Source of the DNA: the human T2T-CHM13v2.0 reference genome, Homo sapiens
Length of the DNA stretch: 64,000 bases
Strand: one strand, 5' to 3'
NCBI RefSeq assembly: GCF_009914755.1
Contig: NC_060929.1
In this document: positions 1 to 12,339 of the stretch, one piece after another
Numbering within the stretch: position 1 is the stretch's first letter
Layout: each line of letters opens with the position of its first letter
Notes under the pieces: model-generated
Seen by the model: only the letters and a program-made list of their open reading frames with translations
Told to the model about the DNA's origin: nothing
Databases searched by the model: none
Made by a program: the position numbers and the translations under genes

Positions 1-279
1 AACTAAAGGTAATTTACTTAAAAATTAAGACCTCTTTAGAGCAACTGATGATTTAACTGCTTTTCACCTACACAAACTTTCAGTAAGGAATGCAAAGAGA
101 AGGTTACAAATTAGGCAGTACAGACGTGGTATTTCTCTTTCACCTTCTTTCTTGGACAGTCCCTCAGATATTTTAATAAAATACCAAATAAATAATCACT
201 CTCATTACAGAACTGTACTCTAGGCTTTAAGTTTATAAGGAGCTTTAGAAAGATTTAAATCCTGACAGAAACAAGTAAA

Positions 280-2990
280 GTCAGTTTGTTGAAAGATTTT
301 TTTTTATTCTACAAGAAATTGATAGGTGCAATCCTGTTAAAGAAATTTCTTTTCAAAAGTAAATGAAAAACCCCTCTGAATTATTTATATATTAATTTTT
401 TGAAAACAATAGTCATAGGGCCTGCTTTGTCCTATTTAACTATAAATGTTACACATTTACAAACTGAAACAAAAATGCATAGTACAGAGATTTAAATGAA
501 ATCTTCGAAAGAATAAATTTGCTTTTCAGTCCACTGTATTTTCAAAATTGATTATCACCAAGCTTGGATGAAAGCTGTGAACCACAAACCATTTGTTTAT
601 TTAATAGAAAAAAGAATGTGTAGATTATTAGCAAAGTAATGCCTTAAAATGTATCTTCACACAGTTGAAATTTTAGTATAAACTTGTATATCAAGTTGCT
701 TTCCATTATTTATTCTACTTTAAAAATATATACAACTATGATGTTCAAATATGTATTCTGAGCCATTATGTTCAAACATAAATATCTGGGAAATTCAAAC
801 TGCTGCAACAAGTTAGGAAAGGATTAAGGAAAAATGATGAGCTACAAATTATGTAGTTGGAGGAAGAAAAAAATGTTACTTAGCATTTATGTCTGGATAG
901 GTATGTATTTTCTAATTTACATACACATATCCAGTTGAGTATAGACAACCATCAAAATGTAACCAGTTACACAGAGACTAGACTAAGCCAACACTATTTT
1001 CTATAACAGGTAACAGTAGTGATTTCAAAAATTTTAATATCTCAATAGTTTCACCAAAAATTATTTGTGGTAATATGCTAATATTCTGAAGTTTTGAGAG
1101 GCACAGATTAAATGAGTGCACTATCTATGCCAAACTCAGCAAGTCTATAACTTACTGTTTAATTATGGTGTAAGTATCTGAACACAATAGCATAGAGAGG
1201 CAACCAGAAAAGGACATTTTACATATGCCCATGCTGATCAATCACATTAACATCAGTGCTTACAACTTTCAAATTTAAATATAAAGGGACACTTGCAAAG
1301 CCGCAAGACAACTTCAGTACAAAAACCCAAATTGATAAATCTGCAAAATCTTAAACTTCTTAATCCATTGATAAATATTAAGGAGTAGCTGGTCTTCAAA
1401 CACCGTAAAAAGTTAAAGGGTTGAAAACATGTTCACCCTTTGCTATACGGTGGCATCTGAAATTATCAGGCATGACAACTTGAATTTGTTTTGCTCTTCC
1501 ATGCAAGAAGTATATATATGCATTTTAAGATAGCTTAGAATTAAGAGTTAACTTCTAGTCAGTATTGGTAAGTGACTAGGATGGCTATCCAATCAGTATT
1601 CTATGGTATCACATACCAAAGTCTCTACAATATGACAGTCTTGTCTTGTTCAGAACTCATCACTTTTGGGTAGGGAAGAGAGGCACGGCAGAAAAGCAGT
1701 TGCAATTAAAAAAAAAAAAAACAGCAGAAAAGCTTTAAATATCTATATAATTTTGAATCATCTTGTATTCTATCAGATAATACTTGGAACAAAATCTTAT
1801 TTCAATCAGCTCAATCTATACAAGTTATAAGATGCAACACAATGTAAACCCTATAGTCTACAGAATATGCACTATTTAATACTCATTAACTAAAGAAAAG
1901 TCAATGAAGATTACCAAATAGGAAACACAAAGCATTCTAAATTTTTAAATCACTTTAGGGTAGCTAACCAGAAACTACAGAAATAAAATATGCACGACAA
2001 AAAAAAGAAAAAAGGAGAGCAACTAACTTTTCAGTGCATCACATCCATGAGGATAAAATGTATGGCACTTATGTGTGAGACTAATACTAACAATTGTTAA
2101 TTTAAGCTGGGAATGACTCACAGACATTAAAGTCATATAAGGGCAAGAGCTAGCCAATTAAAATTTTAAAATTAAACATATCACCTTTTTTCCTTGTAAA
2201 AGCACTGAAAATGTAATGAGTACGTGTAACTCACTAAAAATTTTCCTATTTCATTTGCCCCCATTGTAGTGTCTTAAATTATTCTGTAATATTTCTACCT
2301 GTTACAAAGTCTGATATTTAAGGCCTGTATAAACTCTTTTACACTACTGAAACTACTGTTTTCTGTGTACTACAAATGCCTTTATGAAAAAATAGCATAG
2401 CTGGTTTAAATTATAAACCCCAAAAACAAAAGTCTGACATTTTCTAAGCTAGTGAGAAATCAATTTTACCATGATATATCAATATTAACTAACATTCCTA
2501 TGGTAGATTTATTTTTCCTCCATAAAACTGAACAGTGCAGAATAGGGCTTGGGCTACAGTTCATCACATTTGGTTTTCTTATTAACAATTAAAAGGCAAT
2601 TTTCTTCCTCCCTAACACATGTAGACATTAAATCTAAAGTTTTTAAAATATCAACTACCTATAAGAAAAGTAGTCTTAAATGGTTAAAAGGAATCAAAAT
2701 ACCAAAGTTTAGTGTGCGAAGAGTAGATATAAACAACTGCGAACAGAGTAGATCATTGGTGTTGAATATTTAACATGAATAGCCCAAAATGAGTTCCAAA
2801 GTTTTTCCACCTTTACAAATAAAAAAAGGTGTCCTTTCCACAGTTTGGGAATATGCATTGTACATCCCTCCCAACAAGTGTATGAGTAAGGATTTAAAAA
2901 TGTTGCCAATATTAAGTTCTTCAGTACCTAAAATTAATTAGAGGACAGCAATATTACAGTGGCAATGGTGCATCAATTCTCAAAACGTAG
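280..2990 (-). other. TMED7: TMED7 3'UTR (about 2.7 kb or more; distal end uncertain)
   Basis: AT-rich sequence with no recognised repeats after the stop codon. Minus-strand AATAAA (plus TTTATT) at 709-714, 596-601 and 303-308. Confidence 0.7.
303..308 (-). terminator. Candidate distal polyadenylation signal AATAAA
   Basis: Plus-strand tttatt. Most distal canonical hexamer I saw downstream of TMED7. Confidence 0.45.
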
Positions 2991-3227
2991 TTATGATCCA
3001 ACACGAGTTGTGGTGGTTCTTTTATCTGAGAAAAAGCTTTTCAAAAGAAATACCTGCCCTATGCTAACCACCAGAAGAATGAGGGCTTCTCCTACTGACC
3101 AATAGGCCACTCTTGTATTTAGATCCTCTGCTCGGCTTCGGCCTTGAGCTTCTCTTAAACGGAAATGAGTCTGATAATCGATGACAGACTTCAGAGCTTC
3201 GTGAATTGAAACACAGGCAGATTCCAT
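2991..3227 (-). CDS. TMED7: TMED7 coding exon 3 (coiled coil, transmembrane helix, FF-containing cytosolic tail, aa 147-224 plus stop)
   Basis: Acceptor TTTCTCTGCAG|ATG. Translates [15 protein letters not shown]...[39 protein letters not shown]. The three exons give 64+82+78=224 aa. Confidence 0.97.
3094..3102 (-). other. Internal exon-3 splice donor (TTG|GTCAGT) fitting the TMED7-TICAM2 read-through
   Basis: Donor-like sequence splits the Trp189 codon just before the TM helix. Agrees with the known TAG fusion, which keeps GOLD and lacks the TM segment. Confidence 0.7.
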
Positions 3228-4585
3228 CTGCAGAGAAATATTTTCAGTCAGTATGTGTGATACTTTCTGTAGACTTCATCTATCATATTCAGCTTTTCTT
3301 TCAATTTGATCTCAATTCCTCTTTTGACTAACATGCTACTAATCTGGCATTCATTCATACATTTATGCCAGTTGTCTTTGCAATGAAACCCCCCTGCTCA
3401 TTTTCACTGGGACAACTGTTAAGGCTAGAGATCTCATGAAGCAGCTGTTTTCCCCAACTGAGATGTCACAGCCATGGCATCAGTAAGGGGGCAGATGGAA
3501 CACTAAGCTAACAATAGCAGAAATACTTATCAGCTAAGGTTGGTGACTACAGAATTTCCAGCCCAAGTTCTTTAAAGAAGAATTAGGAAGAAAATGGCAG
3601 TGAGCTCACCAATGAGAATATAAGTCAAAGCCCAAATATCTATAAAAATAAACAAAGCACAGTACAAAAAAAAGCTGAATTAGTCAAAGTTCTTTGAACT
3701 ATGTTTAAAACAGCCACAACATCAAAATCGTTAGTAACTTTTAAATCTGAAAGGGATCTATCAGAATAGGAATGACTTTGTTTTTTTACATTTATCTATT
3801 TGTTAAATCAGCCTTTTCCCTCATGCCAGTCAACTAAACCAATATGTATGTTCCCAACAGGATGCAAGTTTCAGTTTCACTGTGTAATCAATTTGTGAGC
3901 CTTTAGCTGATAACAGCTTGCCTTTTTATACATTTATTATACCATCTGTTTTGAGAAAGGTTAAATGACTAGTTTTTTTGTATACCATGGTTTAATATTT
4001 TTCTACTGCTGCAAACTTAATCCTAGTGGTAAAATATATGTTTTATTATTATTTTATGCAACAAGCCTGTATTAAGAGTTTTAAAAACAAATCTAAGTTT
4101 GTTTTAATTTTAGTTAAGGAATATAGAAATTAGAAAATAATGTTTAATGAAGTTCTGCCAAAGTAAGTATGAAAGGAATAATTATTAAAATATTCTATTA
4201 AAAGTGCTTTTAAAAAATGTAAGAAATTATGAGGCCAACAAACTGCATTAACCTATTAGAAGAGTCAAATATTTTTGTTGTCCTTGCTTTGTTCAGGCCC
4301 CTAGGAATGAAAAATTTGCAAAACTGTGCTAAAATGATTCCTAATTTGTGATGAGGAGCTAGAGAGAGATGTGCTTCTAGGATTTGCTTTCTCTATATTC
4401 TCAAAATGGCATATTGCCCAAGGATTCTTCACCTGGAAAGTACACATAAAGGCAAGGAGTTGACCCAAATGCAGAATATTTAGGAACTCCTTCAAGCCTG
4501 TCCATGGGGTATGGGTTAAGAACTACTGGATTAGAGAAAATCACAGAAATTAAATTACATGCATTCTACAACTTTTGAGATGTGA

Positions 4586-4873
<288 letters not shown>

Positions 4874-4889
4874 TGAGATGTGATTTTTA

Positions 4890-5760
4890 AAAAACTTTTA
4901 CAGTGAAAACTTCCATATATATTCAAAAGTATTGAGAAAAGTACAATGAACCCCCACCATGTCAACAAAGATTAACACATGGCTAATCTTGCTTCATCTA
5001 CATTCCCCGATTATTTTTAAAGCAAATCTCAGATATTTTATCACTTCAGCTACAAATACTTTTATACTTTATTTCTAAAAGATAACACTTTTTAAAAACA
5101 TAACCCCAATAGTATTATAACACATGAAATAATCTAAAACAGTTCCTTAAAGTCAGGAAATAGTGTTCAAATTTCCCCTATTGTTTCAAAGTTGGTTTTC
5201 AAGTAAGAATCCAAGTAAGGTTAACACAATCATTTGGCTGATGTAAGTGTTCATTAATCTTTAGGCTTTCTTCCTTGTTTTTCCTTTTTTCCTTGCCATC
5301 AACCCCTATCCTGTGGCATTTCCCACGTCCTGGATTTTGTTGATTGCATTCCCATGTTATTCCTTTATCCTCTGTATTTCTTGTAAACTGGCATTTGGAG
5401 CTAGAGACTTGATGGAATTCAGGTGCAATGTTCTGGGTGGGAACGTCTAGTAGTCAATGTTGTGTACTTCTTACTGCATATTATGATAAGGCACATAATG
5501 TCTAGTTATCTCTCCATTTGTGAATGATCATTCAGTCTGATCCACTCAGTATAAAGTTCCCCATCAGCCTTTTACTTAATGGTTTTAGTAGTGACTGCTG
5601 ATCATTGCCTACTCTAAATCCATCATTTTATCAACAGGTAAAAAATGGTGAGAGTAAAACTTTTATCATTTATTCTGCATTACTAGCTGGTAATTTTGTT
5701 CTGAACTTACTAGCTGGTAATTTTGTTCTGAACTTACTAGCTGGTAATTTTCAATTTTAA
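4890..5760 (-). mobile_element. Ancient L1 (L1MC/L1ME-like) 3' fragment
   Basis: Degenerate resemblance to old L1M 3' ends (ctagagacttgat...ataaagttccccatcagcc). Boundaries approximate. Confidence 0.5.
5680..5751. repeat. 27-bp tandem repeat, 2.7 perfect copies
   Basis: TTACTAGCTGGTAATTTTGTTCTGAAC at 5680 and 5707, partial at 5734. Confidence 0.95.
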
Positions 5761-6282
5761 AGTATGAAAAGTTGCTTTATAATGATCCCTATTATATGAT
5801 ACATTATCTTTTTGAAAGTAGAAAAATAAGACTGAGAAAAATAAAAAATGTAGCATGGATAAAGACGGGTATGATACTAACTGCTTTATTACCATTCATT
5901 TCTTATATTTACCCACTTAGGTTTTTAGAACAAGCCACCTTATACAAGTTAAAATTCATGAAGGAATGGATACAGGTTAAGGTAATGGCCCCAAAGAAAT
6001 ATCATTTTACAAAGCAAGGTGTCCTTCACACAAGACCTTAAAATAAAGAGAACATTTCTAAAATTAAGAGTATTTGAATATATCTTGCTAATTCTAACAA
6101 CAGGTTTATGAATTAAGGCTTTTACACATTCTTAAAGCTGTTTCTTTCACCATGACTTTGGCCAAGAGACTAAATAGAACCTGGGAACACTAAAATACCA
6201 GTTTAAGATGTTAACGAATAAGTGGTAAATAATTCTTTTTCATGCCTAATTGAGTAACTTTTAGATACGATCTAAGCCCATA

Positions 6283-6572
6283 CAGGTTGAGTATCCCTTA
6301 TCCAAAATGTTTGGGACCAGAAGTGCTTTGAATTTCAGATTTTTTCTGATTTTGGAATGTCTACATATACATAATGAGATATCTTTGTGATGGAACCCAG
6401 GTCTAGACATGAAATTCATTTATGTTTCATATATGCCTTATACATGCAGCCTTAAGGCAACTGTATATGATATTTTCAATGATGTGTCATGAGATCAGAT
6501 GTAACAATCTTCCACTTGTGTCATCAGGTTGGAGCTAAAAAAAAGTTTTGGATTTTGAAGCATTTTGGATTT
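6283..6572 (+). mobile_element. Tigger4 (MER46/Zombi) DNA transposon relic
   Basis: TA followed by TIR CAGGTTGAGTATCCCTTATCC...GGGACCAGAAGTG. Confidence 0.85.
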
Positions 6573-7216
6573 TGCTGTATTTGAACTAGAAATAAAACAG
6601 TCCTCATCACCTAAGCAATAGTTGTTCACTGGGTTTAAATTTTTTACGCTTTCTCTATGTCTCCAAAATAAATCTGAATTTAGCTTTTGTAACTATTTTT
6701 GTGAGATGACTTACCATTAATCTTCAATATTTCACCTAAAGTTACAGCACAAGTTACTGTTACAGCAGCTTGAGTAACACTAAGTAATGGTATAAAGGCT
6801 ATGATATGGTATTATTTATCTACTAATTTAGGCATCATTTTGCTTCCAGTTACACCAGCCTCCTGAGTATGACAGCAACATTCCTTCAGGGATTAAAGAA
6901 AATGCTTCAGAAGATTGGAACACTGCTCAGCCTTCCCAACCTTCTTTTACCACTGATGTTTCTACCTTAGTGATCTTCCTCCTTATTTTAATGCTTCTTT
7001 CTCTTTACAATTAAAAGTTCATAAAATCTTTCAACATTATTTTTCACTACAAAAGTCTGAAGTTCTCTGTGAAATGCCTACATGTAAGAATTAAGATAGA
7101 TTTTAAAGACTGTCAGTCTCAAAATTCCATGCTCATCAGTTAGTGCATGATATTAAATTATGCTTTTTTCCTCCTTTTAAATATACCAACATTATATTGC
7201 TGATTTTTTTATTTAC

Positions 7217-7462
7217 CTGGGTAAGAGCACTGACTCGGTTCTCACTAGGAAACAAAGGTGGGTCTTCTCCAACTTGAAAATCAAAATATACAGTTTTATG
7301 TGTGAAAGTAGAAAATTCATTGCTGAAGCAAAATTTGTATGTCCCATTTTTGGAGGCTGTGAAGGTAAAACTATCATACTGTTTCTTCATCTCTTTGTAT
7401 AACACTTTACCATCAGGATCTTCTAATCGACAATCTACATCATAGTGACCACCAGTAATCAC
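7217..7462 (-). CDS. TMED7: TMED7 coding exon 2 (GOLD domain, aa 65-146)
   Basis: Acceptor TTTTAATCTCTTACAG|GTG and donor CAG|GTAAAT. 246 nt, [11 protein letters not shown]...[23 protein letters not shown]...SALTQ, with the p24 GOLD motif. Confidence 0.97.
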
Positions 7463-7714
7463 CTGTAAGAGATTAAAAAAGAAAAATCACTGTGAAAAGT
7501 GTGAAAAATTAATCAGATTTAATCAGATTTCCTATTAAAATGGCAATAAGGTGATGGGCAAAGGACTTTTACTATCTTTTTAAATTTTCACCAGTGGATG
7601 GAACTTGGGAGATTTTACTTCAACTAAACTTTACAGAAACTGAACAAGTATTCTCCAACTTTTATTCACTTTGAACTAGCCAGACAACTGTGCTAATTAA
7701 TGGAGATCTATTAG

Positions 7715-7885
7715 ATCACTTAATTCTCCCAGCAACCCTACAATATACTTTTTTCCTTCCATTTGACAGACTGAAAAACTGATGTTAAATAAGCGAACTA
7801 TTCAAGACTGTTCATCTAAATTAAGTGGGAAAGGCAGAACTTGAACTCCAAAGTCATATTCTTAACCTCTAAGCTTACTGCCTGC
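7715..7885 (-). mobile_element. MIR relic
   Basis: Degenerate core tttgacaga..gaaaaactga..ggcagaacttgaactc. Confidence 0.55.
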
Positions 7886-9260
7886 AATATTTTCCTTCTG
7901 AAAATTTTCTAACCCACTTTCCTATTAGCATCATCCAAGCACACACACAGTGAAGTAACAAGGTAGGCCAATCCTTAGGATTACACCCCATTCATACTTC
8001 TATCATAGAACTTAAGCTCATTTTACTGCCAAATTACAAATAGATTACATTTATTAAGTTCTTTTATAGTCAGTTATATGGAATTTGATATACATTTTGT
8101 TTTGAACTACACTATAAGTTGAGTAACGGAGTGGGCTATTCTAAAAGTATATAATCATTTACAACCTTGTTTTGAGGAGAGACACGTAACTGATTAAATA
8201 AAATATTGTTGAAACTCTTGTGATTAAAGCAAAAACAAAATAACATGAAGGACAACAAGTCTGTTTATCTAGAAAGCCAGTACTTAATGGCAAACATACT
8301 GAATGGAAGCCTGGAGGTAGGTGATATGAGTCTGAACAGAACTGTGGAACTACTTTCCACGGCTTATGCTTAATCAGTTACAATTCCAGCCATTTGGGTT
8401 GTACAGAGGAGGGAGAGATTTTTCCTGCGGTAACTGGATAAGTATTGTAAGAGACAAAAGGGGGAAAGGATTAAAGAGAAAGGCTTCCTTACATGAGAAA
8501 GAACTGAGTAGGAAGAAAGAGGGAGTGCAGAGAGGTGAACAGAGTGAACGTATACACATTGGGTTGAATGAAGGGTTCCCAAACCACCATGTGATTGGGG
8601 AGCACAAGATTGTTATTTTCAACCTTGAACTCTCTTGGTTAGCATCCTGACATTCTAGGTCAAACTTTGGATTTAAAAGAAGGATCTGTGTGACCTTTTC
8701 TCACTTGAGAGAAGATGACTAATGAACTATGTTACATATCATTTTGATAATCTAATGAAAATAATTATGCACTTATGAAACTGTAAAAATATGTAAATGT
8801 TAATATACAGATAAAATGTTTTGATATAAAAGTGTCTTATCAATTGGGGATTTACCAATCCCCATCCTCACCAAAAAGTCAGTAACTTTTTCTCCAGGTG
8901 AAAATAACTTCATTTTGCTATACTGAATTATACGTATTTGACCATTGTATTCTGAATAATCAAACACATACATACAAACCGAATAGCACCAGAACTTATC
9001 ATCACCCCACTTCTCTTCCATCAAACTTAAAACAAGTAATCTCACTTAACAGTATCCCTTTAAACCTGTCCAATCACCTACTATTGAAACTGAGGATCAT
9101 CCCAAACTAACTGTCCCTATCTATCCATATGATCACACAAATCTCTCAATCTTTTTGCCCCTCTCAAATTCATCGCATTCCGAAACCACAATCCAGACAG
9201 GACTATTGCCACAACTTCCTAAAAGGTCTTCCCACTACCCAATATCTTCTCCCTCGAACT

Positions 9261-9480
9261 CAGGGTTTCTCAACCTCGCATTATTCCCATTTTGAACTGA
9301 ATAATTCTGTGTTGTAGGAGGCTGTATGGTCCTGTGCACTGTGACACGTTAAACAGCATACCTGGTCTCTAACTACTAGATGCAGGTAGCTGCCCTTCTC
9401 CTAAAATGATGCCGAATGTCTCCTGGGAAGAAGGGGTGCCCATCTCCCCATCTTTCCTCATTCCCCATTGAGCAATCACT
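9261..9480 (-). mobile_element. MER20 (hAT-Charlie MITE) within an L2 relic
   Basis: CAGGGTTTCTCAACCTC...AATAATTCT...TCCTGTGCA...ACTAGATGC matches the MER20 reverse complement. Confidence 0.8.
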
Positions 9481-10664
9481 TAAAAACTTTTTGATAATTA
9501 CCTGTGGCCTGCAGACAAATCTAAACCTCTTAACAATGGTATACTATTCACATGTTCTTCCTCCCAGGTAGCTTCAGAACCTCTTTTATTCACACCCTTA
9601 CTCGTTCTATGTTCCTAAAATACCAGACTACCAGAAATTCTCTGAACAAGTCTTTGCTTTACATCTGCACTGACAGTGCAGTTCAACAGGGTTTGCTAAA
9701 GAATCACACGGATCAAAATGACAGTGTTTGCAAATCTACAGTTTATTACTGTAGGTTATGTTATAAATCTACAGTTTATAACATTATACGACTATATATG
9801 TCTATGTAAGCTCTCTGAGGTCAGAGTCAGTCTCTGGGAGGTAGTATAATAAAGTGGCTAAGAATTTAACTTGGGACTGAAAAGAGCCCCAAAAGGAAAA
9901 GAATATAAAACATTACAGCCAAAGGCTGCCTCACAGCAAGAGATCTGAAAAGGTCAGGTGTGGGCTCCTTCGGCTTCCCTTTGTTAGGTGTGTGGCCAGA
10001 CATATACTCTCTCAGATCTGGAACCACCCAAGTGTGCAAAGAAAACACCCTGGAACCAAGCAACCCAAAATAGAGTCCTGATTGCATTTTTAAATATTTT
10101 GCTGGTCACATAGGCATATTCCTGCTACGCAGCTAGTCTCAACAACAGAGCTCTGGGTTGGGGGTGTGGTCTCATGAAGACCAGGAGCAAATCATCAATC
10201 TCATTGTTACCAATAAATAATGTTGACAAACTGGTACAAACTGCCCCCAAAGCCCTTGGACTCACAGTCACAAAGCTATTATAATAGCTTCATATTAAAG
10301 CTAATAATAATAGTTTTGTGACTATTAATAAATATAACTATAGTCACAAAACTATTATTATTCAGTGTATTTTCAATGCCATGCACAAATGTTAGCAATA
10401 TAGCTCAGGCTAATTTCAGGCCTGCTGGAACTGTCATGAACATATCTGCCTGGGGCCCCTTCTTCTCTCCTCTGCCGCCTTGTAGAGCAACGGCTACTTA
10501 TCTTGCAGACTCACCTCTAACATCAGCTCCTCAGCTAAATGTCCCCTGATGATCCTTCTGTCTCCTGCCAGCACTATACCTAGTGTGTACCTTTATTGTC
10601 ACATTTAACATTTTATGACTATATATGTCTGTGTAAGCTCTCTGAGATCAAAGTCAGTCTCTGG

Positions 10665-10880
10665 GAGGTAGTATAATAAAGTGGTTAAGAATTTAACTTG
10701 GGACTGCGTTACTGATTTAGCTACTTCTACGTTTTATGCCCTTGGTTCTTAGCCTATCTAAACCTCAGTTTCATCAGTAAAAAAGGAGTAAGAGCTATAA
10801 CAATTTCATATCGGGCTTTCCTGAGAACATACCTGAAATGCTTAACATACTGTCTACACATAACAGATGCTAATTTGTTA
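10665..10880 (+). mobile_element. MIR
   Basis: agtggttaaga...cctcagtttcatcagtaaaa...tgcttaacatactgtctacacata. Confidence 0.7.
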
Positions 10881-11039
10881 GCCATTGTAGTAGTATCCTT
10901 AGCACTAATCACTGAGTCTGCATACACAAAAATCCAGGAAATGTTTATTAAATTCAAACAAAGAAAATGTCGGCTTATACTTTTTATCACAATTCCTGCT
11001 ATCTTCTTTTCTGTCCCCTGGTGCTAATCCATGAAGGTA

Positions 11040-11750
11040 AGTAAGCCTAAGGGTCATCCTTGGCCTCCCCTCCCTGACCCACTATAGCCAAATCATTACC
11101 AAGTCCTGTTGATTCTACCTACTACCTTCTCTCCAATCCTTTCACTTTTCATTTACCCCACTGCTATCACTCTACTCTAAGCCACTATCATTTCTTGTCT
11201 AGACCACCATAATAACCTCCTAATCAGCCTTCCACATCCGCTCTGCAACATCTTACCATCACTTCTCTACCTGCACAAGTTATTATTAATGCAGCTACCA
11301 AGAATATTCTCGTCATATCACTGAACTGCTTATAACCCTCTGATGGCTTCCTACACTTTCAGGAAAAACAAATCCTTAACATGGTCAGCAAGACACTATC
11401 TGGCCTGCCCCTGCTGACCCCCTTGCTCTGGCTCCTTATTCCCAACCATATTGGACCTCTCTCTATGGCCCTGAAATTCTCAGTGTTCACTACTACCACA
11501 GGCTATTCCCCCTCCTCCCTTACCAAGGTGTTTATAGCTCATCCTTTAAAGTTCAGCTTAAAATAATTTTCCAAAGGAAGTCTTCCTTCATGGATCCTAC
11601 TTACTGCTCTTAAGGCACAGTTCTGATGAATGAGCAGATACCAGTTAAGAAAAGCAGGGTGAGAGGGGAATCATGAATGATGGCAGTGACCCTATCTGTT
11701 TCGACCACTTCTGTACCACTGGCACCTAGTATTCAATAGCTACTCAAATG
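11040..11750 (-). mobile_element. L2 relic
   Basis: gtcatccttg...caagtcctgttgattctacct...aagccactatcatttctt...aacctcctaa, typical L2 3' region. Confidence 0.7.
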
Positions 11751-12339
11751 TTAAATGCGCCTACCAACCAAAATTGAAGCTCAGTAAAGACTGTTCTAAC
11801 CAACCGAATAAACCACATTCTGTTAAAGTTTCTTTTTTATATAATCCCAAATATCAGAAGGGGCCTCTCATTTATCACAGCAATTCTTTCTACAACTCCC
11901 TTGGCAAATGGCCGTTCAACCTGTAATGGAGCTCTTCCAATGACAAGGACCGTATTAACCAACAGTCCTAATATTGGTAAAACTGAAAAGCAATGAAGTT
12001 AGACATTGGCAGCACTCCAAATCCAATTAAATTGGAGGTGTGGATTAGAGAGTAGAGGGTTGACACTGGGTACTACAGAGTATAAATGATTTTCTTTAAG
12101 GGAATCTTTTAAGGAAGAAAGTTCAATAGGCCTTAAAAATGAGATGGAAAGAAATGCTAAAGGGAGCATTTCTGGAATTCATATATTTTAACACCCGGTC
12201 TTAACATCTCTCACCCAAGGTTTATTAGAGGAAAGTCAAATGCTGGGCATCAGCTACCTAGAAGCGATTTTTGAATTAGCCTAAGAACGGGGAAACACGG
12301 ACAGGAAAGTGCCATCCCTCAAGTTACACCCCCAATCCT

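Noticed and set aside
7136-7216. ORF extension past exon 2 ([10 protein letters not shown]...)
   Set aside because: Read-through into the intron beyond a good donor; no evidence of a real isoform.
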